From the NCBI GenBank assembly GCA_963709345.1, contig CAVPVX010000007.1, positions 448,001-512,000 on the forward strand: 64,000 bases of DNA, read 5' to 3'. This stretch comes from an uncultured Actinomycetes bacterium. Lineage in GTDB: Bacteria; Actinomycetota; Thermoleophilia; UBA2241. Position 1 is the stretch's first letter; every line of letters begins with the position of its first letter. The translations under genes were made by a program, and so were the position numbers. Under the pieces are notes generated by a model. That model was given only the letters and a program-made list of their open reading frames with translations. It ran no database searches and had not been told where the DNA came from. Positions 50,898 through 60,253 of the stretch are shown here, one piece after another.

Positions 50898-51838
50898 CCG
50901 CGACTGAGTACAAAGCCGGCAGCAACCTCGAGAAGATCCTCAGCGAGGGCAAGTTCGCGGTGACCGGCGAGTGCGGCCCGCCCAAGGGCGCCGACGTCAC
51001 CGTCATCGAAGAGAAGGCCAGGATCCTCAAAGGCTACGTCGACGCCGTCAACATCACCGACAACCAGACCGCCGTGGTCCGCGTCTGCTCCATGGCGTCG
51101 GGCTTCACCGCCCAGCAGAACGGCGTCGAGGCGATCATGCAGATGACCTGCCGCGACCGGAACCGCCTCGCGATGCAGGCGGATATCCTCGGCGCCTCCA
51201 CGCTGGGCCTCAAGAACATCCTCTGCCTCACCGGCGACCACCTGAGCTTCGGCAACCACCCTGAGGCCAAGGGCGTGCACGACCTCGACGCCATCAACCT
51301 GATCAAGATGTACAAGGACATGCGTGACGAGAACAAGTTCCAGTGCGGCGAGGAGATGACGGTGGCGCCGCCACTGTTCATCGGCTGTGCTGAGAACCCG
51401 TTCGCCGACCCGTTCGAGCTTCGCGCCCTGCGCCTCAAGAAGAAGATCGAGGCCGGAGCGGACTTCATCCAGACCCAGTGCATCTTCAACGTGCCCAAGT
51501 TCAAGCAGTGGATGGAAGAGGTGCGGGCGATGGGCCTGCACAAGGAGATCAAGATCCTCGCCGGCATCACGCCGCTCAAGGGCGTGGGCGGCGCGCGCTA
51601 CATGCAGAAGTTCGTGCCCGGCATCGATGTGCCGCAGGACATCGTCGACCGCATGGCCGCGGTCGAGAAGGGACCCGCGTCGCACGCCGAGGGCAAGAAG
51701 ATCGCCGTCGAGATGATCAAGGAGTTCACCGAGATCGAGGGCGTCGCCGGCGTGCACATCATGGCCATCGAGTGGGAGATCGCCGTGCCCGAGATCGTCG
51801 AGGCCGCCGGCCTGATGCCACGGCCGGCCGTGGCCTAG
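50894..51838 (+). CDS. metF: Methylenetetrahydrofolate reductase
   Basis: ECGPPKG, NITDNQ, QMTCRDRNR, LTGDH, KKKIEAGADFIQTQ, GVHIM. Confidence 0.94.
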   Translation: MTATEYKAGSNLEKILSEGKFAVTGECGPPKGADVTVIEEKARILKGYVDAVNITDNQTAVVRVCSMASGFTAQQNGVEAIMQMTCRDRNRLAMQADILGASTLGLKNILCLTGDHLSFGNHPEAKGVHDLDAINLIKMYKDMRDENKFQCGEEMTVAPPLFIGCAENPFADPFELRALRLKKKIEAGADFIQTQCIFNVPKFKQWMEEVRAMGLHKEIKILAGITPLKGVGGARYMQKFVPGIDVPQDIVDRMAAVEKGPASHAEGKKIAVEMIKEFTEIEGVAGVHIMAIEWEIAVPEIVEAAGLMPRPAVA

Positions 51839-51847
51839 GAGGCTCGC

Positions 51848-52483
51848 ATGACGACCTGCACCGTGAGCCCGCTCCTGGCCGAGAACGTCGGCACAGGCTG
51901 CGGGGAGAACGCCTACAAGTGCTATCAGTGCAAGAAGTGCACGTCCGGCTGCCCCGTGGCGAGGTACTCCGATATGCATCCGGCGATGATCATGCGTGCC
52001 GTGCAGCTCGGCCAGCTCGATCTGGTCTTCAACGACCGGTTCATCTGGCTGTGTACCGGCTGCGAGACGTGTACGACGCGGTGCCCGCAAGGCATCGACA
52101 TCGCCGCGATCATCGACGAGCTCAAGATCATCGCCCGCCGCGAAGGCCGCATCCCGGCGAACACGCCTTCCGCGGACATGCTCAAGCTCAACTACGACTC
52201 GTTCGTGCGCTGGGGCCGCATGTGGGAGGTCGAGCTGCTCACGCGCGACATCCTCAAGCGGCCGGCAAGCGTCAAGTCGTGGCTGTCGCTCGGACCCAAG
52301 ATGATGCTCAAGGGCAAGATCAACCCGACGCTCAAGAAGGGTGACACCGCCGCCATGAAGCGCATGGTCGAGGCCGCCGAGAGCATCACCAAGGCCAAGA
52401 TGGAGCAGCAGGCCGAGGGAGCCGTGAGCGCCACCGCCGCCTCAGCCGACGCCGGACCCGCCGACACCGGAGGTGAGTCGTGA
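51848..52483 (+). CDS. hdrC: Heterodisulfide reductase subunit C-like
   Basis: CYQCKKCTSGCP, IWLCTGCETCTTRCP. Confidence 0.9.
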   Translation: MTTCTVSPLLAENVGTGCGENAYKCYQCKKCTSGCPVARYSDMHPAMIMRAVQLGQLDLVFNDRFIWLCTGCETCTTRCPQGIDIAAIIDELKIIARREGRIPANTPSADMLKLNYDSFVRWGRMWEVELLTRDILKRPASVKSWLSLGPKMMLKGKINPTLKKGDTAAMKRMVEAAESITKAKMEQQAEGAVSATAASADAGPADTGGES

Positions 52484-53343
52484 GCAAGACCCTCGCCTAC
52501 TACCCCGGCTGCTCGCTGCACGGTACCTCCGGCGAGTTCGACTCGAGCTTCAAGGCCTCGGCTCGGGCGCTCGGCCTGACACTGCAGGAGATCCCGGACT
52601 GGGAGTGCTGCGGCAACACCGCGGCGCACTCGATCAACCGCCTGCTCGCGACCGCTCTGCCGGTGAACGAGCTGGCCAAGGTCGAGCAGGACATGAAGCT
52701 CGACGCGGTGGCCGTCCCCTGCGCCGCCTGCTACAGCCGCTTCAAGACCGGCGCGCACGACGTGGAAGACCCCGAGACGGCCCACGACGTCAAAGCTGTC
52801 GTCGGACGCCCGTATGGCGGCGGTGTGGACGTGCAGAACCTCATCGATGTGTACCACGACGGCGTCGGCCTCGAGGAGCTGGCCGCCAAGGTGATCAGGC
52901 CGTTCGACGGCCTCAAGATCGCCTGCTACTACGGCTGCCTGCTCACCCGGCCGCCCAAGATCACGCTGGCCGACGACCCCGAGTACCCGACGCACATGGA
53001 CGAGGTCGTCCGCGCGCTAGGCTGCGAACCGGTCGACTGGAACTACAAGACCGACTGCTGCGGCGCCGCGCTGGCGCTCACCGAGCAGGGCATCGTCGAC
53101 GATCTCGTGACGACCATCCTCAAGGACGCCAAGGCATGCGGCGCCCAGGCGATCTCCGTCGCCTGCCCGCTCTGCCAGGTCAACCTCGACGGCCGCCAGA
53201 GCGAGATCATGCGCAAGCAGAGCGAGTGGCAGCCCATCCCGGTGATCTTCCTCAGCCAGCTCGTCGGCCGCGCCGTCGGTGTTAGCGACAAGGAGCTCGG
53301 CATCAAGAAGCACCTGATCGACATCACCGGGGTGATGGCGTAG
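52480..53343 (+). CDS. hdrB: Heterodisulfide reductase subunit B-like (two CCG domains)
   Basis: YYPGC, WECCG, PCAAC, YYGCLL, DCCG, ACPLCQ. Confidence 0.92.
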   Translation: MSKTLAYYPGCSLHGTSGEFDSSFKASARALGLTLQEIPDWECCGNTAAHSINRLLATALPVNELAKVEQDMKLDAVAVPCAACYSRFKTGAHDVEDPETAHDVKAVVGRPYGGGVDVQNLIDVYHDGVGLEELAAKVIRPFDGLKIACYYGCLLTRPPKITLADDPEYPTHMDEVVRALGCEPVDWNYKTDCCGAALALTEQGIVDDLVTTILKDAKACGAQAISVACPLCQVNLDGRQSEIMRKQSEWQPIPVIFLSQLVGRAVGVSDKELGIKKHLIDITGVMA

Positions 53344-53400
53344 CCCATCGTAACCTCACGGCGCGTCACTGACTCGGGCGCCGACCCGCACCAAGCCGTG

Positions 53401-53436
53401 AAGAGGGCGGCGGGCCATCCGGCCCGCCGCCCCTTT
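53401..53436 (+). terminator. Intrinsic terminator after hdrB
   Basis: GGGCGGCGGGCC-ATCC-GGCCCGCCGCCC stem followed by CTTT. Confidence 0.7.
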
Positions 53437-53569
53437 CGAATCCAGCGACTCCGGGACGGAGTCGTCGACGGAATCGGCGCCGATTCGGACGATGGACGCA
53501 GTCTTGCAGGGTGGTTTCGAGACAGAGATGAGGACATTCCAGGCGGCGTCCACACGAAGAACCGCCGGC

Positions 53570-53638
53570 CTCCCAGCCGGCGGCCCTGAACTTCGGCTCC
53601 ACGTACAGGCGACAGGTGTCGGCTTCGTTGTGGCTCAC
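53570..53638 (-). pseudogene. N-terminal remnant of a type I restriction enzyme R subunit (HsdR-like)
   Basis: GGGAG RBS + GTG then SHNEADTCRLYVEPKFRAAGWE, resembling the NEADTCR..V.PKL..AGW start of EcoEI/EcoAI-like HsdR; similarity stops after ~23 codons. Confidence 0.5.
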
Positions 53639-53784
53639 GCGACTCCCACGTGTACGCCCCACTCCAGCGGACGACCCCTCCGGTCGCGCGGCATGGTCAA
53701 CTCACCTTATCGCGGTAGTCGGTCGGATGTGAGATAAGTGGAGGGGAGTACAGTCTCACCGACAGCGGCATCGAAGGAGGAGCG

Positions 53785-54471
53785 ATGAGCGGAAACGCAG
53801 ATCGGGAAGCGTCCAGAGCCGTCTCGGCCACCGAGGCGGCGGCCGCAGGCCCTCCGCCCTCCCGCACCGCCACCTCGACCGGCACCCGCATCCTCCTCGT
53901 CTACGCCACGCGTCACGGTTCCACCCAGGAGGTGGCCGACACGGTCGCCGAAGAGCTCCGCGCGGGAGGCACGAAGGTCGATGTCCGCGTGACCGACAAC
54001 GCGCCGGGGCCCGGCGGCTACGACGCCGTCGTCGTCGGCGGCCCGATGATCATGGGCTGGCACCGTCAAGCGGCGAAGTACGTCAAGACACACCGCCGTG
54101 AACTGGCGCAGGTCCCGACCGCGCTCTTCATCACCGCGGCGTCACTCACCGAGGATGGCGCCGAAGAGGTCCAGGGCGTGCCCGTCGTCAAAGACCCCTG
54201 GCTGGTGAAGGCGCCGCGCGACGCCGCCAAGCTGAGCCGCAAGGAGCGCTACGCTCTGCCGAGCCACTACCTCGGCGGCATCCTCAAGAAGTGCGCGCCG
54301 CTCAAGCCGCGGACGGTCGCCTTCTTCGCCGGGTCGCTCGACCTGACCGGCATGAACGCCATCGAGAAGCTCTTCGTCCTCCTGGTGATCGGTGCGACGC
54401 CGGGTGACGGCCGCAACTTCAAGATGATCCGCGAGTGGGCCGCCGGTCTGGGCGAGGTGCTCGGACGCTAG
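53785..54471 (+). CDS. Flavodoxin-domain protein (Flavodoxin_5/HemG-like)
   Basis: ILLVYATRHGSTQEVA, YDAVVVGGP, FFAG, WA at C-terminus; GGAGG RBS. Confidence 0.82.
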   Translation: MSGNADREASRAVSATEAAAAGPPPSRTATSTGTRILLVYATRHGSTQEVADTVAEELRAGGTKVDVRVTDNAPGPGGYDAVVVGGPMIMGWHRQAAKYVKTHRRELAQVPTALFITAASLTEDGAEEVQGVPVVKDPWLVKAPRDAAKLSRKERYALPSHYLGGILKKCAPLKPRTVAFFAGSLDLTGMNAIEKLFVLLVIGATPGDGRNFKMIREWAAGLGEVLGR

Positions 54472-54698
54472 ACGGGCGCGGCGCTCGCACTCCTACACGC
54501 GCTCCTGGACGACGCCGGGACTGCCGGCATCTCACGACGTCCGAGGCGCAGGTGTCTCAGCCGCGGCGCAGGCGTGACGGGAGGGCGACTCTCCCGGATG
54601 GGAAGGGCGACGGATCTCACCCGCCGATTCCGGCCGAGTCGCGCGGCGGGCCCGGCGTGACAAGTGCCGTGCCGCGCGGGGCCGCGCCGGTCGACGGT

Positions 54699-55073
54699 TC
54701 AGCTCTGCTTCGCCGGCGCGTGCACCCCGATGCGATTGCCCTCGCTGTCCAGGAAGAACCCGATGAAACCGACCATCTCGCCCATATCGGTGACCGGCAT
54801 CACCTCCGTACCGCCGGCGGCGACGGCACGCGCCAGCATGCCCTCGGGGTCGCCCTTGCTGTCGAAGTAGACAGTGGTCCCCTGGGCGCTCGGCTTCTCG
54901 TCTTCACCAATGACGAGGTCACCGGCGGTGCCTCCCGGCTCCATGGGCAGGAGAGCGACGCTCTCCGCGCCCGGCATGAGCTCGATATCCGCCTGCAGCA
55001 CCGCGGCGTAGAACTTCCTCGCTCGATCCAGATCCGTGACTGGGATGTCCGCCCAGACGATGGTGTTGGCCAT
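54699..55073 (-). CDS. VOC/glyoxalase family protein
   Basis: IVWADIPVTDLDRARKFY...VYF...FLDSEGNRIGV. Confidence 0.88.
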   Translation of the reverse strand: MANTIVWADIPVTDLDRARKFYAAVLQADIELMPGAESVALLPMEPGGTAGDLVIGEDEKPSAQGTTVYFDSKGDPEGMLARAVAAGGTEVMPVTDMGEMVGFIGFFLDSEGNRIGVHAPAKQS

Positions 55074-55200
55074 GATGCACCTCGGTCGAAGTGATTGTTC
55101 GTATGGGGAAACCATCGCCGCGGCGCCGTGCGTCGAAACCCCCGGGCGCAGGACACTGCGACGCGCCGGGCATCCAGACCCGCCGGGGCCGTAGCGAAGG

Positions 55201-55228
55201 TCACGGCGCGTTCCCAGCGAACTTCCAG
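55201..55228 (+). promoter_or_regulatory. Putative OmpR-family direct-repeat boxes upstream of the lipoprotein gene
   Basis: TCACGG / TCCCAG / TTCCAG at 11-bp period, similar to the arrays at 62571-62677. Confidence 0.4.
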
Positions 55229-55291
55229 ACAGCACCAATGCCGGGAGCGGCCGCCACTGGGGCGCCGTCGACGGCCGCAACGGGAGGGACG

Positions 55292-55675
55292 ATGCACATG
55301 AAGAAGAGGAGCCCGCGCTCGACAGGCCTTGCCGGCAGGGCGCTCGCGCTGCTGATCATCGTGGCGCTCGGCGCGCTGATCGTCGCAGGGCTGAGCGCCT
55401 GCGGCGGCGGCGACGACGGTGTCGCCGGCGCTTACAAGTTCGACTCGGGCAGCGAGGAGGGCATGGAGGGCTTCACGCTCACGCTGAACGACGACGACAC
55501 GTTCGCGCTGGCGCAGGCCGACCCCGAGGGCGGCGAGGACGTCAGCATCAACGGCACCTACACGCTGGACGGCGAAAAGATCACCCTCGAGGTCGAGGAC
55601 GGCTCCGACTCCGAGGTGGGGACGGTCGAGGGCGACAAGCTCGTGTTCGAGACGATCACCTGGGTCAAGCAGTAG
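55292..55675 (+). CDS. Acidic lipoprotein of unknown function
   Basis: Basic N-terminus, hydrophobic signal, lipobox LSAC, beta-rich acidic body; GGGAGG RBS. Confidence 0.8.
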   Translation: MHMKKRSPRSTGLAGRALALLIIVALGALIVAGLSACGGGDDGVAGAYKFDSGSEEGMEGFTLTLNDDDTFALAQADPEGGEDVSINGTYTLDGEKITLEVEDGSDSEVGTVEGDKLVFETITWVKQ

Positions 55676-55713
55676 CCACGAGCAGCGGAGGGCCTGCCTC
55701 CCCGCTCGTTGAA

Positions 55714-55765
55714 GGAACGGCCGAAGGGCCCGGGTGGCGTGCCACCCGGGCCCTTCGGCCGTTCC
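55714..55765. terminator. Perfect 25-bp inverted repeat (terminator-like hairpin)
   Basis: GGAACGGCCGAAGGGCCCGGGTGGC-GT-GCCACCCGGGCCCTTCGGCCGTTCC. Confidence 0.65.
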
Positions 55766-55842
55766 GGCGCACGGATACGGCAGAAGTGAACCGGCACAGA
55801 GGGACACTACTGGAGTAGGATAAGGCGGAGGGAAGGAATGAC

Positions 55843-56529
55843 GTGGAGGAACTCGCGACAGACATCCACAGCTGGACGGCGTCCCACCCCGAGTGGAGGC
55901 CGGCAACGGAGCAGGTCCGGTCGTACGCACTGGTGGTCGGCGACGTTCTGCTGATCGTCGATCCCCAACTGCCCGGTGACGACGACGCCCGGCGGCGGCC
56001 GCTGCTCGCCGGCCTCGACCTTTTCGTCGGCGCCGCCGAACGCCTCGAGATCCTCGTCACCAACCCGTATCACACACGCAGCGCCGAGACGCTCTACGAG
56101 CGGTACTCGCGCACGCTGCCGACGCTCATCTGGGGACACCCCGGCGTGAAGAAGCGGCTCACGCGCCTCGCACCGCTCGAGGTGATCCCCCTGGGCGCCA
56201 CCGGCACGGCGGCGCCTATCGCCGACGGAGCGGCCGCGGCCTACACCATCGGCAAGCCGCGGCGCAGCGACCACCCCATCTACGTGCCCGCCCTGCGCGC
56301 CGTCGCCTTCGGTGACGCCGTCGTCGGCACCGAGGACGGCCCCCGGTTCTGGAACCAGAGCAGCGGCACGGACGCGGCGTGGTACCGCGACGTGTTCGCG
56401 CCCACGGTGGCGCCGCTCGCGGAGCTCGACCTCGCCCACGTGCTGGTCACGCACGGCCCACCGGTGATCGGCGAGGGACGGCGAGCGCTCGCGGAGTGCC
56501 TCGCCGCTCCCCCCGTACACGCGTACTGA
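55843..56529 (+). CDS. Metallo-beta-lactamase-fold-like protein (degenerate metal motif)
   Basis: LLIVDP, LVTNPYHTRS, FGDAVV, LVTHGPP. Confidence 0.65.
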   Translation: MEELATDIHSWTASHPEWRPATEQVRSYALVVGDVLLIVDPQLPGDDDARRRPLLAGLDLFVGAAERLEILVTNPYHTRSAETLYERYSRTLPTLIWGHPGVKKRLTRLAPLEVIPLGATGTAAPIADGAAAAYTIGKPRRSDHPIYVPALRAVAFGDAVVGTEDGPRFWNQSSGTDAAWYRDVFAPTVAPLAELDLAHVLVTHGPPVIGEGRRALAECLAAPPVHAY

Positions 56530-56555
56530 GAGGGAGCGGCCGCGAGGGCAGCCGG

Positions 56556-56595
56556 CCGCTCTCCCGCTCTCCCGCTCTCCCGCTCTCCCGCGCTC
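56556..56595. repeat. 8-bp tandem repeat (CCGCTCTC)x4 plus one variant, between convergent genes
   Basis: Read directly from the sequence. Confidence 0.85.
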
Positions 56596-56602
56596 CCCGC
56601 CG

Positions 56603-58324
56603 TCAGTCTGTCGGGTGCTTCTCTTCGCGCCGCTTTCGCAGCTCCACGCGCGCCAGGCTGATCAGGAACCACGCCACGCTGGCGAGCGCCGTGAACAGCA
56701 CGACACGGTAGCCGACCTGCTCCGCCCTCGAGAGATCCGGCCGGCTGACCAGGAACGAGAAGCCGATGATCAGCGCCGCGACGATCAGCGCGTAGGCGAG
56801 TCGCGTGAACCCGGCCTCGAGCCGGTCCATGATCGGCTTGAACTCAGTCGGCCGGATCGAGATGCGGAACTCGCCCTCGCTCGCCCGGCGAAGCACCCTG
56901 GTGAGCTGCAGCGGGAGCTGGTCGAAGAAGCGGGCGTAGGCGCGCCCCGAGCGCAGCGTCGCCTTGAAGATCTTCTCCGGCCCGAACTGCTGCGGGATCA
57001 TCTTCTTGGCGAACGGCTTGGCGGCGTCTTCGAGCCTGAAGTCCGGGTCGATCTGCCTCGCCGTCCCGTCGACCATGCCGAGCGTCGTCAGCAGCACGGT
57101 GAGCTCCGTCGGGAGGTGCAGACCGTGCTCGCGCAGCATCGCGAGCAGGCGCTGCACCATGTCGTCGAGCCCGCCGCCGCTCGCCTGCGCGCGTCGGTAC
57201 TGGTTCATGATCGCCGCGAGCTCCACCTCGAGCGCCGCGATGTTCACGTGAGGCGGCGTCCCGGTCATGGCGAGCACGGCCTCCGTCGCCGCGGAAGGGT
57301 CGTCGTCGAACACCGCGAGCAGCATGTCGAAGACCGCGTCGCGATTGCGCGCCGAGATGGTGGCCACGCGGCCGAAATCGACGAACTCGATGCGGCCCTC
57401 CTCGAGAGCGAAGAGGTTACCCGCGTGAGGATCGGCATGGTAGTAGCCCATCTCGAAGATCTGGCGGAAGTAGCACGCCACTCCCGTCTCGCAGACGCGG
57501 GCGCGGTCGATTCCCGGATGGTCGCCCTCGTCAAGATGCGTCGCCGGCACGCCGTCGACGAAGTCCATGGTGAGCACGCGCCCCGAGGTGTGATCCCAGT
57601 ACACGACCGGAAACAGGACCTCCGGTGTGTCCGCGAAGGCGGCGTTGAAGCGGTCGAGAGCGCGTCCCTCGTGCGTGTAGTCGAGCTCGGAGCGGAGCAC
57701 CGTCGCGAACTCCTCGGCGAGACCGGCGACGTCGAAGTCCTTGCCCCACTGGGTGTGCGCCTGGACGCGATGCGCCTGCTCCACGAGGATCTCGAGGTCG
57801 AGCTCCATGGTCTCACTCACCCCGGGTCGCTGGACCTTGACGGCCACCCGCGTGCCGTCGGGCAGCGTCGCCCGGTAGACCTGCCCGATGCTCGCGGCGG
57901 CCAGCGGCGTCTCGTCGAACGAGGCGAAGAGTTCCTCGACGCTGCCGCCGAGCTCTTCCTCGATGCGCACGCGCATCTCGGGCCACGGCACGGTCGGCAC
58001 GTCGTCCTGCAGCCTGGCCAGCTCCGCGGCGAGATCCGGCGGCACGAGATCCCGGCGCGTGGCCAGGATCTGGCCGATCTTGATGAACGCCGGACCCAGG
58101 CGCTCGAGCGCGTGACGGATGCGCACCGCGCTCGGCAGGTCCTTCTCGCGGGCGGCGGGCTCGCGCCCGGCACGCGCCGCCTCCGGCGGCGCGTGCTCCT
58201 CGAGCCCGCTCCCCCTCACGGCGCTCAGGATACGCTCGTCCCAGAGCACCTTGGCGATCTCACGGTACCGCGCTCTGCGCCGGGCGCCCCGGCTCGGCGG
58301 CGCAGCAGCCTCGTCTGGATCCAT
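56603..58324 (-). CDS. ABC1/AarF/UbiB family atypical kinase
   Basis: LGPAFIKIGQ, AAASIGQVY, VAVKVQRP, ELDY, HADPHAGN, DFG; C-terminal TMs. Confidence 0.93.
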   Translation of the reverse strand: MDPDEAAAPPSRGARRRARYREIAKVLWDERILSAVRGSGLEEHAPPEAARAGREPAAREKDLPSAVRIRHALERLGPAFIKIGQILATRRDLVPPDLAAELARLQDDVPTVPWPEMRVRIEEELGGSVEELFASFDETPLAAASIGQVYRATLPDGTRVAVKVQRPGVSETMELDLEILVEQAHRVQAHTQWGKDFDVAGLAEEFATVLRSELDYTHEGRALDRFNAAFADTPEVLFPVVYWDHTSGRVLTMDFVDGVPATHLDEGDHPGIDRARVCETGVACYFRQIFEMGYYHADPHAGNLFALEEGRIEFVDFGRVATISARNRDAVFDMLLAVFDDDPSAATEAVLAMTGTPPHVNIAALEVELAAIMNQYRRAQASGGGLDDMVQRLLAMLREHGLHLPTELTVLLTTLGMVDGTARQIDPDFRLEDAAKPFAKKMIPQQFGPEKIFKATLRSGRAYARFFDQLPLQLTRVLRRASEGEFRISIRPTEFKPIMDRLEAGFTRLAYALIVAALIIGFSFLVSRPDLSRAEQVGYRVVLFTALASVAWFLISLARVELRKRREEKHPTD

Positions 58325-58436
58325 CGACCCTCCCTCTCGCCGGCGGCCCCCGGCCGCCGGTCCTCTGCTCCCGATCCTCCGGCCCTATTCCCCGCCGGGG
58401 GCCCTTGCCCTGCCGTTCGCGGACTGCGGCTGTGGG

Positions 58437-58477
58437 GCCGGCCGCGGCGATGCCGGCCGCGGCGATGCCGGCCGCGG
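58437..58477. repeat. 15-bp tandem repeat GCCGGCCGCGGCGAT x2.7, intergenic
   Basis: Read directly from the sequence. Confidence 0.7.
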
Positions 58478-58510
58478 ACGCACGTCCCATCGCCCCGGCT
58501 CATCCGCGGC

Positions 58511-60116
58511 TCAGTCGGCCCGGCGACTCACCACACGGTTGCAGCCCTGCTCGCGCGCCTGCCTCAGCGCCCACTCCGCCGGCGCGAGGAGGTCGGTGAG
58601 ATACTCCGTCTCGGCGCGCTCGGTGCCGGCGACGCCCACGCTCGCCGTCACGCTCACCAGCTGGTCGTCCTTCCAGACGGCGAGCCCTTCGACGGCCTGG
58701 CGCAGCCGCTCGGCGCGTCTCCTCCGCCTCGGTGCGCGTGAGGTGCGGCAACAGCAGCGCGAACTCCTCCCCGGCGATGCGCCCCACCTCGTCGAACGCC
58801 CGAACGACGCGGCGGCAGACGCGGGCGACGGCGCGCAGCACCTCGTCGCCGGCGTCGCTTCCGTAGAGACTGTTGACGAGCGCGAAGTCATCCAGATCGA
58901 GAAGGACGACCCAGACGGGGAACCCCTGCCGCCGCGCGCGCGTCATCTCCCGCTCCCCCACGTCGAGGAAGGCCTTTCGCGTGAGGACCTCCGTCAGGGG
59001 ATCGGTGGTCGCGAGGCGCTCCACCTGGCGCAGGAGCTCTGCGCTGCGAGTGACGTCGTGGAACATGACGGAGTGCCCGAGCAGACGGCCGTGACGGCCG
59101 CGCACCGTCGAGAGCGCGAGCGTGAAATGGCGCGACTCGGGAGGCGCCCCGCCCGCCGGCCAGTCGCCGGGGAGCGACATCGACAACTCGGCGACCACGG
59201 TGTCGGGCGCCGGCTCGCCGGCGGTTGCCTGCCTGATGCTCTCGAGCAGGCCGGGGTGGAAGGCCAGCACCTCCGAGACGGGCCTCCCCGGGGCGCCGCG
59301 CCCGAGATCGGTGAAGAGCCGGGCCGCCGCCGGGTTGAAGTCGACGATGCGGTCGTACGCATCGAGCACGATCACGCCGTCCGCCATGCCTTCGACCACG
59401 GCGTCGCGCGCCAGGGGTGCGATGTCGAACAGCCGGTACCTGAAAAGGGCGTACGCCATGATCGCGCCGGAGACACTGACCACCGCCGTCGTCGGGTTCA
59501 GCCCCGGCGCCGGCTCGACGCCGAGCACGTAGAGGGTCCCGGCGAGCAGCGGCAGCACGACGGCGACGATGAGGAGCGCATACTGACGCCGGTACAGTGA
59601 CTGCCGATCGCGCCAGATGCTCTGCGCGAGCAGCGCGATGCTGGCGCAGAGCAGGACGTAGAGCACGAGGAGCGAGAAGAGCCAGAACGTGCCGTAATCG
59701 GGCACGAGCACCGTCGGTGACGTGGACACGTCCAGAGTGGGAGCGCCCCGGAAGATGCTGCCGGGGTTCGCGTAGATCACCGCCACGGTGACCGCGACGT
59801 AGGCGCCGAGCAGCCAGTTGGCCATCCTGGGCAGCGGCGGCCGCCCGGTGTAGCGCCACACGACCTCGAACCACATCACCGGCAGCACCGTGATGCCGAC
59901 GAACTGCACGTCTGCCCACCAGAGCTTGCCGTCGAGCGTCGGGCTGAGGATCTCGAAGACGTACCCGACCGTCCAGACCAGGAAGGCGAAGAGCGTGGCC
60001 GCGAACCACGGGGCGATGGCGTCGGCGCGGTTGCGCCAGGTGATCACCAACAGGGCGACCAGCACGGCGGCCGACACGACGAGGGGCGACACGTACAGAA
60101 TCATGCTCGTGCTCAC
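58511..60116 (-). CDS. HisKA_7TM-type membrane sensor + PAS + GGDEF-domain protein (AGEEF variant); frameshift near 58720
   Basis: 7 TM N-terminus, DGVIVLD PAS, ATTDPLT, DLDDF, RIAGEEF; C-terminus VTASVGV...GCNRVV in the frame ending at 58511. Confidence 0.85.
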
Positions 60117-60253
60117 GAACTGGTCCTTCCCGATTCCAGAGGCTCTCTCCTTCTCTCTGTCGGCCGGGCGAGCGCAGAAGTGAAGCAGGAGGGGCGGAGA
60201 CAGGGCGCGCGGGCGGTAAGCGCCCGCGCGCGCCCGTCACCGAGGAGTCGCCG

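Noticed and set aside
45165-53343. hdrABC/mvhD as evidence of methanogenesis or an archaeal origin
   Set aside because: The context is bacterial (dnaX, recR, bacterial SRP RNA) and the genes flank metVF, the acetogen-type arrangement.
55080-55290. Possible glycine or TPP riboswitch upstream of the lipoprotein (CGAAGG...AACTTCCAG, AATGCCGG)
   Set aside because: Only fragments resemble those aptamers and the core stems are missing; 11-bp-periodic regulator boxes explain the pattern better.
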